A stretch of DNA of 64,000 bases from IMG/VR virus record IMGVR_UViG_3300042198_000079, positions 1-64,000 of that record. The stretch is one strand, 5' to 3'. Made by a program: the position numbers and the translations under genes. Below are positions 59,201-64,000 of the stretch, one piece after another; position 1 is the stretch's first letter; every line of letters starts with the position of its first letter. The notes under the pieces are model-generated. The model was not told the origin of the DNA, did not search any database, and worked only from the letters and a program-made list of their open reading frames with translations. The stretch is from a virus.

Positions 59201-60018
59201 CTACAACTGGAAACGTAAATCAAATCGGAGCAATTTACAAAGCAGATTATGTGTCTGCTTCTTTTACTGGAAAAAAGGGAATTATGGTAGATGGGGGGTC
59301 TGGCGGAACTATTATTAGAGGTGATAATATAAAATTAAGCCCTTCTGATAATGGTAAAATTGGTGGTAAACATGTTATGATAGATGGACATGCGTCTGTA
59401 AATGACAATTTACTTGTTGCTGGAGGGGCAGCAATCAACGGAAATTTATCAGTTCAGTCAATGACCATGCCCGGAAAAGTAGCAATGACAGAATATGAAT
59501 ATGATCCAACTAATCCAAAAGAAGCAAATCCAACCAGAGGTGTAATAAATGGAATGGTTCAATCCCCATTAGCTACTGGTTTTATAAAAATATATAATAC
59601 GCCAGAAGCTGCTGTTGCTGGCAAACCAACGGGGGCACCATTAGTAATTATGGAAGGAGCAGAATATTATTTTCGCATAGAAGAAGCAAGAATGAAAATA
59701 GAACCAGTTGGAGGAGAAACTGAAGGAGATTATCCCGTTATTATGCAACCACACGCACATCCAATGATTGTTCCTAATATCGATATTGTTAAAGGACCAA
59801 GAAAAGTTCCGGTTCTTTTGGCAGATGGAAGTTATAAAGAAACAGAATTAAGCCCAACTCAAGCAGTTTATGCTGCTGGCATGGTCGATTCTAATAACGG
59901 AAGACTTGTTGCATATTCAACTCCCAGTTCACTATTGCCATATTCACTACATCAAAAAACATCAGGAGACGAAAAATTTGATACTACTGGTGGACCATCT
60001 TTTAGCGTTGCAGTATAA
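56296..60018 (+). CDS. Baseplate hub/central spike protein, gp5-like, with inserted lysozyme-like domain
   Basis: GRVI...G.V.V.IP and, ~480 aa later, G.FSLP.LG.YV...DG...P.VMG (OB fold); AESG...GDEGRSYGVLQF; CPVC...CYTCRGTG; beta-helix-like region; PHAHP. Confidence 0.75.
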   Translation: MKSNKKWPCIGRVIQANLNGTVNVAIPGWNMGNGPEETALFYSEWTTDPRTMKAWQDIIATGNSLAFVMSPLNGGAGPSYYGTSGGGYSADPNSDYRARNGGDPFSNTNGDPGMPTDANGNILIEDFYAAALQKIQNSSLNGFSPEDGGNYGINGTPQSWASFMTRMAWAESGTTIGNKGYVRPYIVGDEGRSYGVLQFGIGQGNTGITPQNWRNAPSQIDAFIRFTESWVKNDSKYINPPFPVKAKRYKGWGGLGSTFGPIRTNVVNTKPLPPNYKQRGEYADVVAQSTENNRKSRLTYDNNQTETEKYFSDLANNKASCNESNCGEAIGEQFFIKPGDVYSHNKIYDAKFDTSSDTRASSSYDETRLKKLLDGSDQFIIFRRTLENSNDHGVFKTGRVISSGTFDGKPWVKIRAVGAYQGNGKLYTSRDRVLTTARGYGGQSVPGVGNVYTLERVHNFSDIKPNRLNYPNTYSAKAEPSIESANSTSNSSGPTPMSPNFAAHVEHFPAANGSFSLPSLGSYVILNLLDGMTIPIVMGYFMGAAESTNVLGSFPVNETDGTPAGVAVESNQLANDNLFASPAFNTNVLGSFLVNETDGTSAGVASESNQLANNTLFAPPEFYTNEALYTSATSSFSDYLVIDYNQRNVGTTNGNHILYNTLKGFFSFSGITGEEKMILKGALQNILRLDNDGWQQYAQNYFSRVPGLANSTFGTIYENIKNSKNTSNEGFSTNESSNRIAHIAQQTMLDIYAQAHQIASQFDINRLNGQHPDCPVCKKGTYQSESFTSVGGISSFPPQASSSGEVNSGLINSVIKFGYKIFKPDTAGCYTCRGTGRSPASEGGRYPNMVSQKQKDMEKIYEDNKEILKQMRDTINNSGGHGNYAHAGNIYIGSGLASFDFDFPSFRVDEVGKLSVVGLTSGINGLNPNAIAVPLVEPVEVPDPGFGNVSIVGNRSISINSGSGGFNLSTTGNVNQIGAIYKADYVSASFTGKKGIMVDGGSGGTIIRGDNIKLSPSDNGKIGGKHVMIDGHASVNDNLLVAGGAAINGNLSVQSMTMPGKVAMTEYEYDPTNPKEANPTRGVINGMVQSPLATGFIKIYNTPEAAVAGKPTGAPLVIMEGAEYYFRIEEARMKIEPVGGETEGDYPVIMQPHAHPMIVPNIDIVKGPRKVPVLLADGSYKETELSPTQAVYAAGMVDSNNGRLVAYSTPSSLLPYSLHQKTSGDEKFDTTGGPSFSVAV
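57936..58171 (+). repeat. 114-bp tandem duplication inside the hub gene
   Basis: TACAAATGTTCTTGGAAG... at 57936 and 58050, with a residual TACAAATG at 58164. Confidence 0.9.
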
Positions 60019-60032
60019 ATAAAATTATCAAT

Positions 60033-60986
60033 ATGGGATGTGTTCCAACAATAAATATAAATTTAAACTTACCTTTTCTTTCTATTCCAAAAGCTATATT
60101 ATCTATTCTTGGAAAAATTTATGGGTTTGTTAATGGAATTATAAATTTTGCACAAAATTTTATAAAAAGTATAGTAGGAATTTTAAAAAGCATTGTTGAT
60201 AAATTTAAAGAAGCATTAAAAAATATTAAAAATTTAATTCCTAATTTGATTAAATCTTTGAAAAGTATTTTTAATCTTAAAAATATAAAAGTTAAACTTA
60301 ATATTTTTTTAGGATCTTGTGATGTATTGGGAGCATTAAACTCAAAAGTTAAAGATTTTTTAAATAAATATGCAATAACATCTTTTAGAGATTTTGTTTC
60401 TAAATTGGGTTTATCCGATTTTTCCAAAATAGTAAACAGTATTCTTAACGTAGATGTTATATTACAAAATAAGTTAAATGAATTATTAAGAAATCTAGAA
60501 TCTTTTGCTCGTATACCCGGAATTCCGGGTATAGCAAGTGTTACGTTTGAATGTGTTGGACTACAACCAACATTAGGTTCTGGATATTATCAAGACTGGT
60601 TATCTATTGCCGGAATGGAAATGCCGCAATTAAAATTACCAGAATGTAGAGATGATTCTGTTCCTTGTAGTTTTCCTGATAAATTAAAAGATGATTTAGC
60701 AAATAAAAAAAGACAAGATCTAGTAGACGATATTAATAAAAAAGTAGATTTAGGAATTTTGCCGGATTCGCCTTTTTTAAAAACTGTTAAAAATTATTTT
60801 TACAGTAGATATAATCTACAAAGAAAGAAATATAGAACAGACGAAAATGGATTTATTATAGAAGGTGTAGACGATATTAATATATCTAATGTTTCAAATG
60901 TTCAACTATCAGCAAAACCAATCGTCAGTGCTTCTACAAGTTCTATGTATGTTTCTGGTGATTTGACGTTTGATGGAAAATGTTAA
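60033..60986 (+). CDS. Baseplate-associated protein with amphipathic helices
   Basis: Follows the hub gene; TATAAATA upstream; long amphipathic N-terminal half. Confidence 0.65.
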   Translation: MGCVPTININLNLPFLSIPKAILSILGKIYGFVNGIINFAQNFIKSIVGILKSIVDKFKEALKNIKNLIPNLIKSLKSIFNLKNIKVKLNIFLGSCDVLGALNSKVKDFLNKYAITSFRDFVSKLGLSDFSKIVNSILNVDVILQNKLNELLRNLESFARIPGIPGIASVTFECVGLQPTLGSGYYQDWLSIAGMEMPQLKLPECRDDSVPCSFPDKLKDDLANKKRQDLVDDINKKVDLGILPDSPFLKTVKNYFYSRYNLQRKKYRTDENGFIIEGVDDINISNVSNVQLSAKPIVSASTSSMYVSGDLTFDGKC

Positions 60987-61228
60987 TTCCAAAAGTAATT
61001 TGTTGCAATAATTCCTTCTACGATTTTTAGAAAATCGAATGGATTGCCAATAATTCCAGAATAATCTGCTCTGATTTTTTCTAAATCATCAGAAATATCT
61101 GCCAAAATTTCTGGACGACATTGAATATTATAATCCGTATCTAAATCTTCGCTTAAAGCCTTGAGTTCTTTTTCGTTTAAAGAAAGACAAAATGCACTGT
61201 AGTTTTCATTATTATTTTCCATATCCAT
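60983..61228 (-). CDS. Hypothetical protein
   Basis: 81 aa; TTGACA-N17-TACCAT upstream. Confidence 0.6.
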   Translation of the reverse strand: MDMENNNENYSAFCLSLNEKELKALSEDLDTDYNIQCRPEILADISDDLEKIRADYSGIIGNPFDFLKIVEGIIATNYFWN

Positions 61229-61261
61229 ATAATCATATGGTAATATAATGTTGTTGGAATG

Positions 61262-61477
61262 TCAATGTTTTTTTGTTGTTTCTTTATATTTTTTTATTCG
61301 ATCTATATAAATTTTTCTTTGTTCTGATAATTTTACATATTCATCAGAAACTAGATAATTTATTCCAATTCTTGCAATAAATGGATCTTTTGTTATTTCT
61401 TGCCAAGTTGGTTCTGGGGGAAGATTTGTTACACAACCGCTCAAAAATAAACACAATAAAATAATACTATTTTTCAT
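61262..61477 (-). CDS. Small lipoprotein (o-spanin-like)
   Basis: MKNSIILLCLFLSG-C lipobox. Confidence 0.65.
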   Translation of the reverse strand: MKNSIILLCLFLSGCVTNLPPEPTWQEITKDPFIARIGINYLVSDEYVKLSEQRKIYIDRIKKYKETTKKH

Positions 61478-61670
61478 TATTATATAATTTATTTAATTCA
61501 TCTAGATTTCCGTCATCTATAAACTTGTCAATTTCTTTTTTCTTTTTCTTTATTGCTTCTATTTCTTTAAAATCGGATATTCCTTTTTTAATACTTTCCG
61601 TGAGATTTAAAACTAATCTAATCAATGTTATTAACATTGATATAAATTTAATTAAATTTATAATATTCAT
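61467..61670 (-). CDS. Small membrane-anchored protein (i-spanin-like), start reassigned to MNIIN
   Basis: TATAAATA-N5-ATG; hydrophobic N-terminus, charged helix; overlaps the lipoprotein start. Confidence 0.55.
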   Translation of the reverse strand: MNIINLIKFISMLITLIRLVLNLTESIKKGISDFKEIEAIKKKKKEIDKFIDDGNLDELNKLYNNEK

Positions 61671-61707
61671 AATATTATTTATATTAAAAACTCTATAAAT
61701 ATAATTA

Positions 61708-62607
61708 ATGAACAAAAAAGATAAAAATAAAAAATGTTTATCTCCAACTAGTTTTAGTGATTTTACAGGAGATTCTGTTGTTTCAAAAAATAAAATTTGG
61801 GATAAAAACAAAATTTTAAAAGTTGGTTTTTTAAACGGAACAGATTTACAAAAACAAAAAGTTCAAAAAACAATTGAAGAAAAATTAATTCCATTTATTT
61901 CTTTAAAGTTTGAATGGAACACGAATGTACACCAATCTGAAATACGAATAGGTTTTGATAAAAACGAAGGGGCATGGTCATATGTCGGTATTGAAAATTT
62001 AAATATAGAATCTCCTAGAAAAACCATGAATTTAGAATGGCAAGACGAATCTGTTATACTTCATGAATTTATGCACTCTATTGGATTTGAACATGAAATG
62101 GGCAATCCTTTAGGAAAACCAATACAATGGAACAAAGAAAAAGTTTACGAAGATATGGCAAAACCTCCTAACAATTGGGATAGAGAAAGAGTAGATTCAA
62201 ATATATTTATTAGATTAGATCCTGATAATATTTCAGGAACGGATTTTGATAAAGATAGTATTATGTTATATCCAGTTCCTGCTGAATGGACATTGGATGG
62301 TTTTTATTCAATGCATAACAAAGAATTATCCGAATTGGATAAGAAAAAACTACAAGAAACATATCCAAAAGAAAACCAATCTTTACCGGTGTATAATTTA
62401 TTTACAGGACAAAATGTTATTGTTGCTTCTGATGATCAAACTTCTATGAAAAATATTTTAAGAAGCGTATTTCCTAATAAAATTTATGTTCAAAGATTGT
62501 GGACAAGTAATCTCATTAGTTTAGCAAATACGCTAGGTGGATCTTTTGATCAACAAACTCCAAAACATGTTTTATATTCTTTCATATATGACAAATTAGA
62601 AATTTAA
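61708..62607 (+). CDS. Astacin-like (M12A) zinc metalloprotease
   Basis: WSYVG, HEFMHSIGFEHE and the Met-turn DSIMLYP. Confidence 0.9.
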   Translation: MNKKDKNKKCLSPTSFSDFTGDSVVSKNKIWDKNKILKVGFLNGTDLQKQKVQKTIEEKLIPFISLKFEWNTNVHQSEIRIGFDKNEGAWSYVGIENLNIESPRKTMNLEWQDESVILHEFMHSIGFEHEMGNPLGKPIQWNKEKVYEDMAKPPNNWDRERVDSNIFIRLDPDNISGTDFDKDSIMLYPVPAEWTLDGFYSMHNKELSELDKKKLQETYPKENQSLPVYNLFTGQNVIVASDDQTSMKNILRSVFPNKIYVQRLWTSNLISLANTLGGSFDQQTPKHVLYSFIYDKLEI

Positions 62608-62640
62608 TTTTTTGTCTTTGAAAACATAAGTAATAAATAT

Positions 62641-64000
62641 ATGGCTAGTTTGAAATCGCCGGGGATTTGTGTAAAAATAAGTGAGGAAGTTCTTAATATT
62701 CGTAATGAACAAGGAACTAAAATTTTAATTAATGGATTTACTCCAAAAGGAGATGCATATAGTCCAAAATATATTAATTCATTAAATGAATTTGAATTGG
62801 AATTTGGTCTTCCGTCAGAACCAGTAGAAAGATATTCTTATTTAGCAGTAAGAGAATCTTTAGAAGCAGGTGCTGATGTTTTGTTTACTAGATTACCATA
62901 CGGAAGCGGAGCAGGTGTTTTAAACCAAGAAGAATATACTGCATTGGTGTTTCCCGTGATTGGTTTAAGTGCAGGAGAAATTGATGTTTGTAATTGGTTT
63001 TCTAATCTTACTCAAGAAGAATATTTGGAAAAATTTCCTTGGATTTATGATGCAAATGAATTTTTATTAAAGGATTACAAGTTAGGATCTTCTAATTTGT
63101 TGTGTGATTTAAATGCAACTTCAGAACCTTCCGGTGTTCTTGTTATGCACAATTATCCTGTTCCTTCAACTGGTGCATTAAAACAAATTAAATTTAGAGG
63201 AGAACCAATAAGTGGAAGCGGCGACGATTCTGTAGCAGAACCTCTTAAATTCTTTACCATGCGTCAAGTTTCTGCAAATAGCTGGAAAGTTATTAGCGTT
63301 ATTGACCAAACACTCATTCCTTCACTTTCCAGTGATGAAACTTTAAATAGAGATGTTGATGGTAATTATGTGTTTAACATACCCGGAAGTGGTTTACAAA
63401 TGGAAAAAGGTGATATTGTGGCACACTATGCACAATATAGTGTTTTAAAATATTATCCTTCTACTCAAAGTATTAAAGGTAAATCTACAATAGTTCCCGG
63501 ATCTGGTCTTTCTGCTACTTTAGCAGAAAACTTCGTTCTTACTTCTCAAGAACTTCAAACCGTAGGAGAAGAATATCTTCTTAATTTTACGTTTGTTCCC
63601 GAAGTTTCTGGATTAGATTGTTTTACTCTTGTTAATTCTGGATTAAAAATTCCAGAACAATTTAGATATCAAACTTCAGTTCTTCCCGGCGATGCACGAT
63701 TGGAAGATGCTGATTATTATTTGCTTGGTCAACCCAAACAAATAACCTTGAACGAAGAACAATACAAAAACCTCAACGAAGGTAAGTTTAGTTGGGAATG
63801 TGGCGCACTTGCTAATAGTATTCCAGATTTAGATTTGGATAATGGAAGTGTCCGTGGTGGTATTATTGTTGTTGATGAACTTCGTGAAAAGGTTTGCGAT
63901 GATCACACTGGATGGTATATTGGTGTTACAGACAATACTAATTTTAATCCTACTACTGACTTTAAATCATTTACTGGTATATATGGAAGATTCCAAACAA
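62641..64000 (+). CDS. gp18: Tail sheath protein, gp18-like (partial, runs off the window)
   Basis: MASLKSPGICVK...GFTPKG..YSP.YI.S..EFE..FG.P...TRLPYG; not in the ORF track. Confidence 0.85.
   Translation, partial: MASLKSPGICVKISEEVLNIRNEQGTKILINGFTPKGDAYSPKYINSLNEFELEFGLPSEPVERYSYLAVRESLEAGADVLFTRLPYGSGAGVLNQEEYTALVFPVIGLSAGEIDVCNWFSNLTQEEYLEKFPWIYDANEFLLKDYKLGSSNLLCDLNATSEPSGVLVMHNYPVPSTGALKQIKFRGEPISGSGDDSVAEPLKFFTMRQVSANSWKVISVIDQTLIPSLSSDETLNRDVDGNYVFNIPGSGLQMEKGDIVAHYAQYSVLKYYPSTQSIKGKSTIVPGSGLSATLAENFVLTSQELQTVGEEYLLNFTFVPEVSGLDCFTLVNSGLKIPEQFRYQTSVLPGDARLEDADYYLLGQPKQITLNEEQYKNLNEGKFSWECGALANSIPDLDLDNGSVRGGIIVVDELREKVCDDHTGWYIGVTDNTNFNPTTDFKSFTGIYGRFQT

Noticed and set aside
7278-62449. 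Many short ORF-track entries nested in or antisense to long genes (e.g. 7278, 8082, 11381, 24290, 27927, 43672, 50107, 58944, 60119)
   Set aside because: They overlap well-supported genes, have shadow-like composition and lack promoter boxes

Overview
Part of a large, very AT-rich T4-like (myovirus-type) phage genome. It holds a scrambled morphogenesis set: portal, small and large terminase (TerL carries a class 3-type mini-intein), prohead protease, scaffold, gp13/gp14/gp15 neck proteins, gp3/tube-fold protein, gp25, a gp5-like hub, the start of the tail sheath, and fibre/LRR adhesins. It also holds replication and auxiliary genes: clamp loader, flap endonuclease, PhoH, truncated TilS, GT2, metallophosphoesterase, astacin-like protease and a two-domain endolysin. 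No major capsid gene, tRNA or CRISPR array was recognised. Most notable observations: (1) almost every late gene has its own TAAATA box, usually 5-8 nt before the start codon, with no Shine-Dalgarno, and several early-type genes have TTGACA-N16-TAnnnT-N6-8-ATG, suggesting a largely leaderless, monocistronic programme; (2) an ~8.6 kb island between the protease and scaffold genes encodes proteins sharing a T4 internal-protein-like N-terminal targeting leader, including two ADP-ribosyltransferase-like proteins and a GNAT; (3) a 1.3 kb non-coding origin/packaging-like region sits beside GC-rich promoter-gene-terminator cassettes. All family calls come from reading motifs by eye; no database search was run.
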